A stretch of 64,000 nucleotides of DNA from Lama guanicoe (Eukaryota). Below are positions 27,590-40,830 of this stretch, piece after piece; position 1 is the first letter of the stretch; each line of letters opens with the position of its first letter. The stretch covers positions 1,119,775-1,183,774 of the forward strand of contig MU053994.1 of the NCBI GenBank assembly GCA_013239625.1, given 5' to 3'. The position numbers and the translations under genes are program-made. The notes beneath the pieces are model-generated. The model was not told the DNA's origin. It saw only the letters and a program-made list of their open reading frames with translations, and made no database searches.

Positions 27590-27796
27590 TAACGTAAACT
27601 ATGGACTTTGGGTGATAATGATGTATCAGTGTAGGTTCACTGACTGTAACAAATGTACCACTCTGCTGGAGGATGCTGATAGTGGGGGAGGCTGTGGGTA
27701 TGTGGGGGTAGGGGGTATATGAGAAATCTCTCTACTTTCCTCTCAATTTTGCTGTGAATCTAAAACTGCTCTTTAAAAAGTCCATTTAAAAAAAAG
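27590..27796 (+). mobile_element. L1MC-type LINE-1 3' end
   Basis: gtaaactatggactttgggtgataatgatgt...tgtaacaaatgtaccactctg...aaaactgctct followed by an A tail. Confidence 0.88.
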
Positions 27797-27929
27797 CAAG
27801 CATACAGAAAAATACAGACATTAATAAGCAACCCAACTTTACTAAATAGTGGCATATTCACCATAATTTTTAAAAATCTTTTTTAAATGAAGTATTTCAG
27901 ATTGCTGGGAGGAAAAAAACTCCACCACA

Positions 27930-30190
27930 TTTGAAAGACTAAAAGTAGAATAGATATTACTGATATCAGAAGAGAATAATATGGAGACAGGCTTGAAAAA
28001 ATTATTCAGTATGAATTGGGAAAAGGGAAATCAATGAAACTAAATAGGAAAAAAGTGACAGTTATGAAAGGAAGACAAAAGAATACTAATAAACTCCAGA
28101 AGAAAAGAATAGAACACCTAGGGGAGAAAAAAATATTCAAAGATAAAATTAAAGGAAACTTACTTGAAATTAAAGAAGACACAAATCTGTGAACTGAGTG
28201 TATACTAAATTCAATGGAAAAAGTGATTTATAGCAAATAGTGAGACATATACAGGTGAAATTACTGAACCTCAATAAATACATCAAATCTTATGGCTATT
28301 CATTTAAAAAAGCTGGAATAAATCAGGGAGACTTCAGACTTCACGACAGCAACACTCAGCCAAGGAAGATAGAAGAGTATATTCAGAGTTCTGGGGCGGG
28401 GAGTGTGACCCAATGTTATCGTCAGTCTAACTTTGTCCGGACATTAAAAAAAGAAAGATATTTTAAAACATAAACAAACAAACAAACAAAAAAAACTCAG
28501 AGAGTATTGTACCCACAAGCTCTACTTGGAAAAAAAAAAATCACATGATGACAAAATCCAGCCAACCAAGAGATGAATTGAAATAAAAAAACCAAGGAAT
28601 GGGGAAGCCAATAAAATCCAATTACCACAAAACCAGTTCGATATATAGAGATTTAAATTAAAACAATGGGCAAAAACATCAGGCAACTGAAACAAAGTGA
28701 AAAATTAGTCACCAAAATTAATATCCTGCAAGGTTGAATTTTTAAAAACACATTAAAATGGCAAAGAGAATCACTTTTCAATGATAAGAGATATAATTCA
28801 AATAATGAACTAATACTTATTTGTGCAATGAATAATACATATTCAAGATGCATATATTAAAAGCCTAAAGGAACTACAATGAGAAATCAATAACATGTTC
28901 AAAAGTTGTAGACTTTGACTTACTATGCAGTAAGACAGATCAAGTATACCAACTCCTTACCTACCACCATCGTCAAAATCTAAGGTTTTATTGAGGATTT
29001 AAATAATATAATTAAGATCATTGAATAAATATATATATTGAACTTTCTACCCTAAAAACAGATAATATTTCCTTTTTCTCATGTATCCATAGAACTATTA
29101 GCATGACTAGGTCTTTAATTCTAAGATTTCATCAACAATAAGATACACCAATGATTTCATAATAGCTATAGGGAAAAAAACCTAACAGTTGTCAAATTTC
29201 TTTTAATAGCAATTTTGAGGTATGTCACAATTTTAGAGTGATTTAAACAAAACACATTCATCAAATTTAAAATGTCTTCAGACTGCAAAATCTAATATTA
29301 ATTTATGTTCCACTAAGAAAGTAAAAATGCTGCCAATTATATAACTGCAAGATACCATTAATTGTTGATAAGATGCTTCATTTCATAGACATTAAAATGT
29401 GTCTTAGGAACCAATATAAAGGGCAGTAAAATTAAAATGTATATTAGCATGGAAGGAATAAGGCATAAGCAAAGAAAACTTTAATAAATGCCCCAAAGTA
29501 CAAATCATGTAGATTGTATTTGTTGACCCCAAATAATGAAACTTAAGTTACTAACAAGCACACAAACTAACCTAACTTAATTATTTTTAACTAATTAAAA
29601 TTAATTTAATTAATAATTGATTAAAGGAATAATCCATAAATTTAATTTTCATTAATTAAAAATCTCAACTTTTGCACCAAAGAAGATGTCAAAGTGAAAA
29701 ATAGAGTTTATCAAAAGAATAATTAAAAGAACTAAAGCAGCAATCAAGGAAAAATCCACACCCTTAAACAGTTTCATTACTAAATAGGAAAGGTGAAAAC
29801 AAAGGAATTAAATAGTCAACCTAATAAGTTTTAAAAAAAACAGAAAAAACCACCAAGGAAGTCAGAAGAAAGAAATTCATAAGACAAATGAAAATACAGT
29901 AAATTAGAAAAAAATTACAGAATTCATAAATAAATTCAAAAGCAGCTGTTTCTTCAGAAAGGGGATAAAAAACTACATAGCCTAAATGAGAAAAAAAGGA
30001 CAACTACGAGAACAAATACAAAAATCTATGAATGAGACTAGGATTATTATCATAGAAACAGAAGATCTTGAAAGAACTAGAAGAAAATGCCTGGTACAAA
30101 TCTGTGGAGGAAATGGCTAATTTTCCAGGAAGATTATTAAAAATAACTTAAGGAAAGATTTTAAAAACCTAAATGGACTCATAACCAAAG
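27930..30190 (+). mobile_element. Heavily decayed L1M ORF1/ORF2 remnants, probably with small nested inserts
   Basis: A-rich + strand with L1-like motifs (ccagaagaaaagaatagaa, agacttcagactt, aaagcagcaatcaaggaaaat, aaaagcagctgtttcttcagaaa); no intact ORF. Confidence 0.6.
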
Positions 30191-30639
30191 TTGTTGTGTC
30201 AGCAAAGGCCCAGCTGAGAAAATAGAAACCACCCTAAGTATTTTAATAGACAGGTTTTAATTTGGGGATTTAATCACATAGGTGGTGAAGGGCTGAAAGG
30301 ACAAAAAGACAAAACTGAGGAAATGCAGAGATAGTAGCTGCAAGAAGCAGCTACCACTCACTGGGTTGGGGGAACACGAAAGAAGAGGTTGGCATTACTC
30401 AAATCTAACAAGTCAGTTACATAAGCCAGAAACTTAGAAGTCATCTGAAATCTTTCTCTCCTTCATCCTTCACATCCAATTAGTGACAAAGTCCTAAACA
30501 TATCTGAAATCTGGCTCCTAGAAGTTGCTGCTCAGACCTCTGTCGAGGTGTCCTGCCAGTTGCTGTTGGTGTCCCAGTGCTCAGAGGTGCAGCTCCACGG
30601 GGCTGGGATACGGAGTAGCTGAGAGAGATTTGTCTCAGG

Positions 30640-31470
30640 GTGACTAGAGAAGACCCCTCTGAGTCTAGATCTGTAAGACAAAAACGAGCCAGCCAAACGC
30701 AAATTGAGAGAGTTGAAGGTGACAGATCTGAGATATGTTTAGGACTGTGTGACTAATTGGATGTGAAGGATGAAGGAGAGAAAGATGTTCAGGATGACTT
30801 CCAAGTTTCTAGCATATGTAACTAACTGGCTGGATGACGGTGCCATTTCATGAGAAAGGTGATACCTAAGCAAAGCAGGTTTGGCAGGGGTGAAAGTATG
30901 GTTCTGGACATGTTGAGTTTGAGATGCCTGGGACGCATCAGTATAGAGAAATAGGGTAAATATACAGATCAGAGGCTAAGAAGAGGGGTCTCAGCTAGAG
31001 ACACATATTTTCGAGTCAACCACGTATGATGATATTTGACACCAGGAATGGATGATACTGCCCACGGCAAAAGAATAAGGTGAGAAAAGAACAGGGTCTA
31101 AGAAAGTCCTTATGAACCCCAACATTTAAAGATTGGGTAGAGAAGGATAAACTAACAATAGGGACTGAGCAAGAGAGAAAGGAGAAAACATGGAAGCTGA
31201 GGAAAGAGCACATTCCAGTGAGGATGTGGTGGGCAGTGTCAAGTGTTGACAACATCAAGTATCAGGAGGACTGAAAAGTTGATTTGCACATTGGAAGTGA
31301 CTAGTAGCATCAGCAAAAGCAATTTCTGTGGAGTGATGGCACTGGAAGCCAGAGTGGAGAGGGTTGAGGAGTGAGCAGGAGGTGACAGAGATGCTTAGAC
31401 AACTCTGGGGAAGGTAATCTTCGAAGGGGACTGGAGAGATGGTATGGCTGGTGAGGGGTTGGGGATATTT
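30640..31470 (-). mobile_element. L2 fragment
   Basis: aggatgacttccaagtttct...tggacatgttgagtttgagatgcct...ggaagccagagtggagagggttgaggagtga. Confidence 0.85.
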
Positions 31471-31569
31471 ACTGTTGGTGGTGGATTTTTTTATAATCAA
31501 AATCTTTATATTCACTGCACTCATGAAAACTAGAATTTGGGACAGCACTTAAAAAATACAATGACTCAA

Positions 31570-32265
31570 CTCTTATATCTGACCACCTATGCAGTGTCCC
31601 TACTTGATGTCTAATAGGTATCATAAGATTAACATTTTTAAAATTGAATTCTTGATCTTCTCATTCAAACATGCTATGCCAGCAGTCTTTCCCATCTCAG
31701 TGTTAGCTTTTTGGTTGCTTGGATCAACAACTTGTCATTCTAGATTATCTTCTTTTTCTCACACCTAAATGTAGCCCATCAGCAGATCTTACTGGCTCAC
31801 CTTTAAAATATACCTAGAACACAACCACCTCTCGCCACCGCCACCTTTGAGCCACTTTCATCTCTCTCTGGGATTATTTCAACGGCCTTCTAACTGCTCA
31901 TCTAGCTTCCACCCTTGCTCCTCTAGAGACTACTCTCAACCCCCATAATAATAAAGGGTTCCTTTCATACGTAAATCAAATCGGCAGGCTTTTGCTCAAA
32001 ACACTCCAATGACACTTCTTCCTCCAGTAAGAGCTAAAGTCTTTAAAATAGCTTACAAATCCCTACGTGACCTGACCCCATTGCCTTCGGGATTTCATCA
32101 TCTAACACTCCTTTACTCTATCTGCTACTGCCACACTGACCTCTTTGCCATTCCTTGAATATTTCAAGCACGCCTCTGCCTCAAGGCCTTTGCGCTGGCT
32201 ATTTCCCCTGTCTGACCTGCTTTTCCCCAGCTATCTGCACGGGTAATTTCCTCTCTTCCTTTCAT
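31570..32265 (+). mobile_element. L2 fragment
   Basis: cttgatgtctaataggtatc...ttcccatctcag...ctgcctcaaggcctttgcgctggctatttccc. Confidence 0.85.
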
Positions 32266-32462
32266 TTAAGAGTTCTCTTTAAATTACTGGTTTAAGTAAT
32301 TTTAAGAACCATTACTGGTTCTTCAAATACTACCTTTCTCGGCTAAGTAAGTTTGAGAGATTTAAACCATGAGTGTTGTAAAGGTTCACATTATATATGA
32401 TTAGGAATTTGTGAATTGTTTTAAGAATGTGTGCTGAGAGAAAGCCTAGTGAGAGAGTTTAC

Positions 32463-32475
32463 AAGAAAGAAAGAG

Positions 32476-32517
<42 letters not shown>

Positions 32518-32576
32518 GAAGGCAGGAAGGAAGGAAGGAAGGAAGGAAGGAAGGAAGGAGGAAGGAAGGAGAAAAG
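32463..32576. repeat. Compound (GAAA)n(GGAA)n microsatellite
   Basis: Read directly. Confidence 0.95.
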
Positions 32577-32779
32577 ACAAAACAAACAAAAAAATGACAT
32601 CATGTATCCCCAAAACTTGAAAGTGGAAAAGGTCCAAGGCCCCAAACAATGCTTCATATTACAAAAGACAGAAGAGCTGCAAGAAAATACAGATACTTAT
32701 TGTCATTCACAACTCTAACAAACAGCATTATGATACAGACTAACATAATACACAGTGAAAACATATCATAGCCAGCTGA

Positions 32780-33003
32780 CCTAATTACTGCCTACCATAT
32801 GCTTGATATTCTCTAAGGTGCGTACTTCATCTTTAATCCTTCCATTAACTCTGCAAAGTGAGGAAACTGAGGTTTACAGAGGGTATGTGTCCTCTCTGAG
32901 CCCACAAACTAGGAAGTGGCAGAGAGTAATTTACACCGAAGTTGGGAGGTAGGAGATGGGGAAGGTTCTGACTCCAGAAACTCAGCTCTTTTCATTACAC
33001 TAT
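32780..33003 (-). mobile_element. MIR SINE
   Basis: tttaatcct...gaggaaactgagg...actaggaagtggcagag...ctgactccaga. Confidence 0.75.
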
Positions 33004-34513
33004 GGTATCTGCCACTCCCACCCTCTCAAGTAAATAGAATGTTTGTTAGAGAAAACGTTTTTCTACCTTATTTTGGTTTTACAATACAAATTTACTTGGG
33101 TGTTTCTATGGCCTTAATAAGAATGCAGTCGTAACTTTAGAATTAATCACTTATTTGGCAATGAGTGGTGGGTTTAGTTTTTTCTATTTTGTTAATTTAT
33201 TAGACCACCTTATACAGTATCTTGTAGGTGAACTTGACCTCCTTGCACATCTCACTTTTTTGAATGGATTACAGAAGGATTCCAAAATAGTTTGGGACTT
33301 GAGAGTGCATCATACTCCTAGTCAGCATTCCTCTCATTTCAATTTCTGGCCCTTGTGGTAGGGAGAGAGACAGGAGAGGAGAAAGACAAGGAAATGTTTT
33401 TGTCTGGAAGATAGGTCAAGGTTGTGTTCTAGAAGGAAGGCAAATTAATACCTTATGCTTGAATAAATAGAAAAAAATAGAATTTTGAGTAAACGTGATA
33501 TTAGGTATAAATAACCCAAGCACTCAATTTTCCAGCCATGGAGGAATTATACAAACGGTACAAAGAAACAGGAAGTACTTGAACCAATTGGGTGAATGTA
33601 TAAAAGGCCTGGTCCCTATAGTAGGTCAAGAAAGACATTTATAAAAGCAGCTGAACTGGTCATTCTTAACAGCATCCATTTGCTTCAATCTGGATCTAAC
33701 AAAGTGGGACGCGGTGTCTGAAACTAAATGAAAAAATGGGATGAAATGAACAAACCCTAAATCCACATTAAAATTTCTTAATTTAATATTTCATAGATTC
33801 CTGAGAATCTTCAATTTGGAATATTCTGGATTCTGACTCCAAAGCCCAATGATTTAGATAATCTGCTAGTGAAGGAGACTAAATGAGAGAGGTAAGTTTT
33901 AGTACAAAGCCATGTTGCTCATTTTTTCTCTTACAGATTTTTTTGTTAAATAAATCAAGGTTGTTCTTTCTAAAACCCCAAATCTAATTACTACGTGAAT
34001 CGCCTCAGCATTTCCACTTATATTTCCGACTTAGAGTTTAAATCTGGATTGGAATGATATCAGAGTCTCTCCAATAGAAACCAAGGAAGTCGTTTCTATA
34101 GACACCGTGTAGCCCAAAATAAACATTTTTGATAAATATTGTTGACTGAACTCTGGGCCACAAAACAACACTTTCTACTTCCAGCCAAGGTAATCACCCA
34201 CTTGGCACAAAATGAAATTACACAAGACATTCTGTGCCTTAAAGATGGAAAACATTTCCCTGCCTAATATTCTTCTGGGAACAAAATAACAATTACAACA
34301 ACGATAATTATAACAAAGTTGCTTATTAATGATGTACACACGAATTTATTTCCAAATTTCTCCTAATTGTGAAAACATTTAGGAAAAAAGGAAATTGATT
34401 ATATGCCCCAGTTGGATTTTGGACTGCCCAGGACCAAAGCTGATCTAAAATCCAATCTTTGCAGGCCAAATTGGCAAGGATACTCTCTGCACAGCAGCAT
34501 GGTAAACAGTATA

Positions 34514-34735
34514 CAGTTGACCCTTGAGCAACATGGTTTTGAACTGCAAAGGTCCATTTATACGTGGATTATTTTCAATAGTAAATACCACAGTACTACA
34601 CAATGTGCAGTTGGTTGAATCCAAGAATGAAGAACCTGAGATAGCGAGGGTCCGCTATGGGACCTGAGCATCCGAGGATTTTGGTACATGTGGGGGCTCT
34701 TAGAAGCAATCCCCGCAGATACCTAGGGATGACTG
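34514..34735. mobile_element. Tigger2-derived MITE (TcMar-Tigger) with TA TSD
   Basis: ta|cagttgacccttgagcaacatgg...gggatgactg|ta termini; internal tttgaactgc...ggtccatttatacgtggatt. Confidence 0.85.
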
Positions 34736-35324
34736 TATATACTATAGGTGAATATTATATCCTTCTGGTCAGGTTCAGGATGTAGGTGAGTGGGTAGAAG
34801 ACTCTTAGAACTCCACTAACATGAATTTTTCTCTTTTTAGGGTGAAAGAAATACAGACTTCACAGAAAGAATAGTAGATAACAGGTTTCCAGATATTTTG
34901 AATCATCTGTAATAGATGAAAAACAGAGAACAGTATAACAGAGGCAGATGCCCATTCATAAATGTGCTGTGCAAATGTACTTTTAGAAACAGTATTTAGG
35001 GGGTTTATAGAAAAAATAGTGTTTTAATGAAATTGCTCACAGAATATCCCCTCTCTAAGACCAAGACCTGGAAACACCCTACATTGGATTTCTTAAACTG
35101 CAGGTTGACAGGAGCAGAGAGGAAGAACAGTAGTTTCTGCCCTGAGGGTCCAAAGTTCAGAGGGCTTATTGCTTTTTTACTTCCATTTAATATTTGGGTT
35201 CACAAATGTTTTTACCAAAACAATACTGAGAGCATTTAATTCCAAACCAGATCACCAGATCACCAGATCAGATTGTCCTCTCTCTGTGTCTCTCTCTCTC
35301 TCCCCCTCCCTCTTTCTCCCAGAG

Positions 35325-36760
35325 AATTTTATATTAATGGAATTTCAAAAAATGTATTCAAGTATAACATATTTGAAGAAAAATGTCCAAATATATGTGT
35401 CAGCTTAACAAATTTTCACAAAGTGACCACACCTCAATTACCAGCACCTAGCACTCAGATGAAGCAATAGAACATTATTATGCGTGCTACTTTAAATGAA
35501 ATGTTAAAATTCATTACTTGAATTTTGAGTACTGGGGTGACACTGAAAGAAATATTGGACTTAAGAAGAGAAATTCTTTGCTACAGAATATATTAGTTCC
35601 TATAAGTCAAGAAAAAAATATTTTGAGAATTATGAAGAGGTTAGTGTCTTCATTCTTTAAATGGCACAGTTTGGTTTTAGACATCATTGTCCTGCTACAA
35701 TGCAAGCTGATTCGCTCTGCTCCTCTTCAGTCCCTCATCTACCAATTTTGTTGTTTGCATTATTTTTACATTGTCAGTGTTGAAAATATTTCATTCTGCA
35801 ACCATAGAACTTACACTGCTTAAACTTATTCTTATATTTAAATGGATTCAAACTCAACTGCAGATCTCTTCATCAGGGTTCCTCCATACCTGAGTTCTTT
35901 ATTTTGATTCCTTTTTCTGTTGGCAGAGTATTTTTTTTAAAGTTCTGAGTTCCTATTTGAGAATGTCTGAGTATTGTTTTTCACCTGAGTAATAAATTAT
36001 TTTGAGTCACATAGTCTGACTTATTCCACTGTCTCCTGTCATTGAATGTTTCTGTAAAGCTGGCTTGATCCTACCCTCCCCTGGAACCACCATCTTTTTG
36101 ATGACTTCTATTGCTGCTTGGATACTTGAAGACTTTTTTCTTCTTCCCTGAAGTTGAAAAATATAACTAGCTTGTTTTTCAATGTCAACTTTTCTGAATA
36201 ATTTTACTTGGTATACAGTGAGCCTATGAAATCTGCAGAGGAACATGTTTGGAAAATTTTCTGTATTACATCTGAATTTTTTTTATTTCATTTGTTGAGA
36301 TCTTTATTCAGTGACATCAATTATGTTTATAATATGTTGCCTTTGTTTCTATCTCCAACATTTCTGCTCCATTTTCTTTAACTCTTTGTGTCTTTTCTCT
36401 GTGATTATCTGAACCCTTCTCCCTGTGCCAGCAATTAAACTTTCTGTCATGACTGTTTTGTCTATAGCCCATTTATTAACTCTCTAGGGGTTTGTGTGTT
36501 TAGGGTTTGGATTTTTGGAGGAGGGAGGGTGTTCAAATTTTGTTTCCTTTGCTCTATAATTTCCTTTTTAAAAATCTTCCTAATGGTTTATTGTTTTTCC
36601 TATTCTCACTAAGGTCTTCTATAGCTGGAAGGGTTTATGGGTTGTACTCGCTTCCAGACTTGTATCTTTTGCATACTATTTTTTTTTTTGCTTCAGTTTG
36701 CCATACTATTCTTTCCTTCTTGCTCATGATTATGAGAATAGCCTGTGTGTTCTATCCAGA
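35325..36760 (-). mobile_element. Decayed L1M fragments
   Basis: T-rich + strand; caagtataacata...aaattttcacaaagtga...aatagaacatt (3' end) followed by older L1 5'-type sequence. Confidence 0.55.
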
Positions 36761-37729
36761 CCTAATGTAGCTGGATTCTCAACTCCAGTGCATCTTGTCT
36801 TGGTCCAATTTCCATTACTATCAGCGTTAAAAGAGTAAATTATGGCATGGAACTATAGAACTTTTCTATCAGATAATATTGTATTTACAACATTGTAGTG
36901 TCAATTAAATGGGCTGTATATATAAAAACACATATATAGATGTTATATATAAAACAATAAAATGTGACTTATATACCCATAGACATATATGACTCAGGTT
37001 AGGACTTGAACCTACAAAATATTGAGAATCTTCTCTCCCAATGTTAATTTAGTACCATAATTTGTAAACTTTGAATCTAATTTCAAAATTGAAACTAACC
37101 AAATTGATACACTTAAACAGAAGAGAATGAAGGAAGAACACTTTCATCATGGCTTCTATGCTGATGTTGCAAGAAGGTCCTGGAATTCTAGGAGCTATGG
37201 GAATAATCAGACTGAGAAGTTCCTACATGGTAGGTAAGCAAAGCTATAATGAGTCTTGCACCTTCCTTATCTACCACACTCAAATTAAGCGCATCATTTC
37301 CCATATAGTTTAGAGTTCCCAAAGATGCAGAAATGCTGAGAACAACAAAAGGTAGTCTTTAGTAGTCTCAGTTTTTCCCATGCCCTATTCCTCCTAGATG
37401 CAAGGCTAAAGAGGCATTTTTAAAAATTAGATTGTGACAAAATGCTACTTCCAACACATTCAGACATGCCAGAACTTAAAAGCTTAAGGTGTGAGGCCAG
37501 CAGACTCAATACTGCCATGTTCCCAGGTTTTAGCATCTTCCTATCTTCTCCCAACTAAATCTTCATGAGGGTGTTTCTTATAATAATGATTACTTTGAGA
37601 TTAAATACCCTCCCCCAATTTTAACTCAGACTATTATGATGCTGTTTCTGCATTTTTGTATCATGTGACAGTGGTTCCTCCATGGCAGATGATAAAAATG
37701 CCCTGCTTCCTGATTCCATAAAAGAGAAA

Positions 37730-38860
37730 CTGGCCATTAACTTGGGACTTTGGCAAGGCATTTAGCAAGGTTTCTCATAATATTCTGTGGTCAAGGAGAA
37801 AATTATAGGCTAGATGATTGTACAATTAACATGATTCATAGCTGGCTGGAACAACATACACCAAAAGGTGCTAATTAATTAATTAATAAAAGATGTTAAT
37901 TAATGGACTGATATCAAGCTGAAGAGGCTTTCCAAATGTTCTAAGGTACTTTGCCTTTTACCCAGCCAGTGCTGCCTGTAAATTATCAATAACTTGGATG
38001 AATAAATAGAAGAGTTATCAAATGTATGGGTAAGATCCAAACACATTAGAGCACAGAATTAAGACCTAAAATACTGAAACAGGCTGGAGTAATGGGCTAA
38101 ATCTAATGAGACAAAGTTCAAGAAGGATAAATATAAAGTTCTGTACTTTGGTCCAAGAAGTTTTGCCCTGCTCAAGAATGGGACACACAGAATTTTGTTC
38201 ACCTGCTTCACATGGATATAGCTGTTAAAAGAAGTCCATTTAAATGGTAGGCAGCATTGTAAGAAGTAGATATTTGTTAGGCAGTAGAAGGAACATTGGT
38301 TCTGGTATCAGAAAACTAGATCAAACCCCAATTCTGCTACTATGGCCACTTGAACTCTGTGATCCCTAACTTTCTTCTCAGGGTTGTTGTGAAGTTAAAA
38401 TGTGTTAACATGTCTAAATCCCAAGCACTGTGTGCAATAAATATGACCTAGAAAAGGTACCATTTACAGTAAAATAGGTGGTCGTGCCACACCATTTTGT
38501 CCTAGAAAAGATGGTGCTTGAATGAATTCCAGGCGCCACACTTAGAAGCAAAGTGGAACTACTTCCAAAGATGGTGACCAGGATGGATGAGCAACTCAAG
38601 AGAGACCACAAAGACCAGTGTTGCAGAAACTGGGGATAGCTGGCTTGAAGAGCAGTGGATTGGAGATCTTGTCTACTTTCAAATATCTGATGGTATACTG
38701 CATGGCCTCCTGGAAGGCTCCAAGGTGGGAAGAACTAATCTAGAAGGTGGAAATCACAAGAATGTAGGCCAGGGTGACCACTTGGTGGGGATGTTGTGAG
38801 CAATTTCAGCAAAAGTGGATGGTTGGACTACATGGCCTTTAATAAGACAGCCTGTCATAT
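37730..38860 (+). mobile_element. CR1/L3 LINE remnant (reverse transcriptase region and 3' end) interrupted by a MIR (~38270-38450)
   Basis: gactttggcaaggcatttagcaaggtttctcat encodes DFGKAFSKVSH, like the CR1 RT motif; also ttcaagaaggataaatataaagttctgtact and cttccaaagatggtgaccaggatgg. Confidence 0.75.
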
Positions 38861-39449
38861 TCCTAGGACCTTTTGCATGAATTGGCTCCTTCTAAATTCT
38901 GCCTCAAAGTAATCAAGCATCTCCACTCTCTTGAGTTGGGCTGGTTTCTAGCTTTACAATGATGCCACCTATCCCTCCTGCTCTAGGCCAAACCTCTTAT
39001 TTCTCCAATCTGCCTTCTTTGACTAGTTCACTGTTGTTCTGTATTTTGTTTATAAATTTCTGGTTATTTTAAATGCCATATTTCCCCAAACTATCCAAAG
39101 GACCCAGAGGGGGTCATCTGCGAACACTTTCTGGGAGATGGACCAGCAAAACATGATTTTCTGGTTGGTGAAATTAGAACGTAATGTGGGAATTAAGAAT
39201 CTGAACCAAGAGCTGGAGCTGTGGACCAAGAAGTGGGGTTGCTGTCCAGACCCCAGACAAGGCTTTTACCGAGAATTGAGCGTATCGGGAAGGAAGCAGA
39301 GACTAGAGGCCTTGAGCCTGCTGGCCTACACAAAGTACTCAAAAGTTGTTTGCTCACCGGACTTCCCTTGTTTTCCAGATGCAAAATGAGGCCTGGGTAG
39401 GTCGCTCAGCATCTCCAGCCTGTTCCAGAGCGTGACTGGGAAAGTGCCT

Positions 39450-39862
39450 GGGGCAACTGGAGAGGCTGTTTGCCTCCCGCCGGGCTACGCCCGCCCGCTT
39501 CCCTTCCAAGTCACCCCAAGGAACCATTTTCATTTTTTTTCCTCCGCGTGAGGAGGGGAAAATTGGCTGCGCGCCGGTTGCCACAGACGCGGCCGCCACT
39601 TCGGCGCGGCTCGGGTGAAAGAGGACGCTGAGGGGAGGGGGCCGTGGCTCCTGACTGGCTAGGGCGCGAAGGCTTATTTGCATAATATTCTGTGACGGCA
39701 CCTGATTGGCTGAAGCAGGAGGGGCGGTGGTGGGGTGATTCCAAGGGCCGGGAACTCTGGACCCCGACCTTTCCGTTCCGGAGTTACCCCGGTCGGCTTG
39801 AGTTGTTGTTCTGGCCCAAGGGGAGCCAAGGAGACCCGGTTTGGGAAGTTTTGCAGGCAGGT
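39450..39862 (+). promoter_or_regulatory. MID1IP1: Distal CpG-rich promoter and probable alternative non-coding first exon of MID1IP1
   Basis: Small CpG cluster ~3.1 kb upstream of the ATG. Reverse CCAAT boxes at 39562-39566 and CTGATTGGCT at 39702-39711, GC box GGGGCGG at 39721-39727, ATTTGCAT at 39676-39683, candidate donor CAG|GTGCAT at 39860/39861. Confidence 0.72.
39730..39739 (-). promoter_or_regulatory. Sterol regulatory element (SRE-1)
   Basis: GTGGGGTGAT is the exact reverse complement of the canonical SRE-1 ATCACCCCAC; it lies directly next to a GC box and an NF-Y box. Confidence 0.7.
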
Positions 39863-40479
39863 GCATGAGCCATCTTTCTCTTAACAGTGTTTAAGAAATG
39901 TGAAAGAACAGGAATCAAGAAACTGGGGGGTGGAGAGTGACCTCGACACGAGAGGAAGGAAGGAAACAGATCAGAGGGGTGGAGGCCGAAAAGAGAAGGC
40001 ATTAGGAGCTTTCTCTCTGGCTGGGCTTTTTTTTTTTTTTTTTTGTTTTAAGGAAGGACACTGATATTATCGCACTTTTGCTGGAACTGGAAAGGAAGAA
40101 AGCAGGATCCTGGCATTTAATAACTCAAATCTGAATACAAGTTTTCATCCAGAGGCATACGTACTTAAAATATCAAGAGGGTCTGTCTTGGGGGACAAAA
40201 TGTGTTTTAATTTATAGGGAATCAGTTACTGGAAACTGGATGTGTGTTTTTTTCGAGATTACCTCTTGCAATGCTTTTTGTATGTCATTGCACATAAGGG
40301 CTGAAAATCATGCTGGACTACTTTGTACTTTCTGGCTGCTTAAGCACCGGGGGAAGTGTCTGTAGCTCATCATAGACCATTTCCACATTTTTAAGGTTTC
40401 TGAATCTTCACATAACACCTCTAGGCTATGATGAGGTCTTATACTAAGTACAATTTATCTTTATAAAGTTTACAATTTA

Positions 40480-40830
40480 CATAATAATTTTTACATCTAT
40501 TATCTAATCACCCTTGACCAAAATTTGTCACAACCCATGAGAGTAACTCCATTTTGTTGATCAGGAAACTGGGGCTGGAAGAGTTTCTAAGTCTCCACGT
40601 GTGCAAAGAGGGGGGTGAGATTATTTTAATGCTCGAAATTTATATAATGCTTTTTTCTGCTACATTTTCTTTCCATTGATCCTCCCAAAGACCCTGATAG
40701 GTTGAGCAGGTAACATCCCAATTTTATAGGTAAGAAAACAAGGGCTGTGATCTGGCAGAGCTAATATGCCCAGGGAAGGGGGCTCCCCAGGCTGGGCTCT
40801 GTCTCCTGGAGTCACAGACTCCTGCCCAGC
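40480..40830 (-). mobile_element. Two degenerate MIR fragments
   Basis: cacaacccatgag...ccattttgttgatcaggaaactgggg and ttgatcctcccaaagaccctg...cccaattttataggtaagaaaac. Confidence 0.65.

Noticed and set aside
39781..39796. GAGTTA-ccc-CGGTCG as a second LXRE
   Set aside because: Spacer is 3 nt rather than 4 and the second half-site is degenerate.
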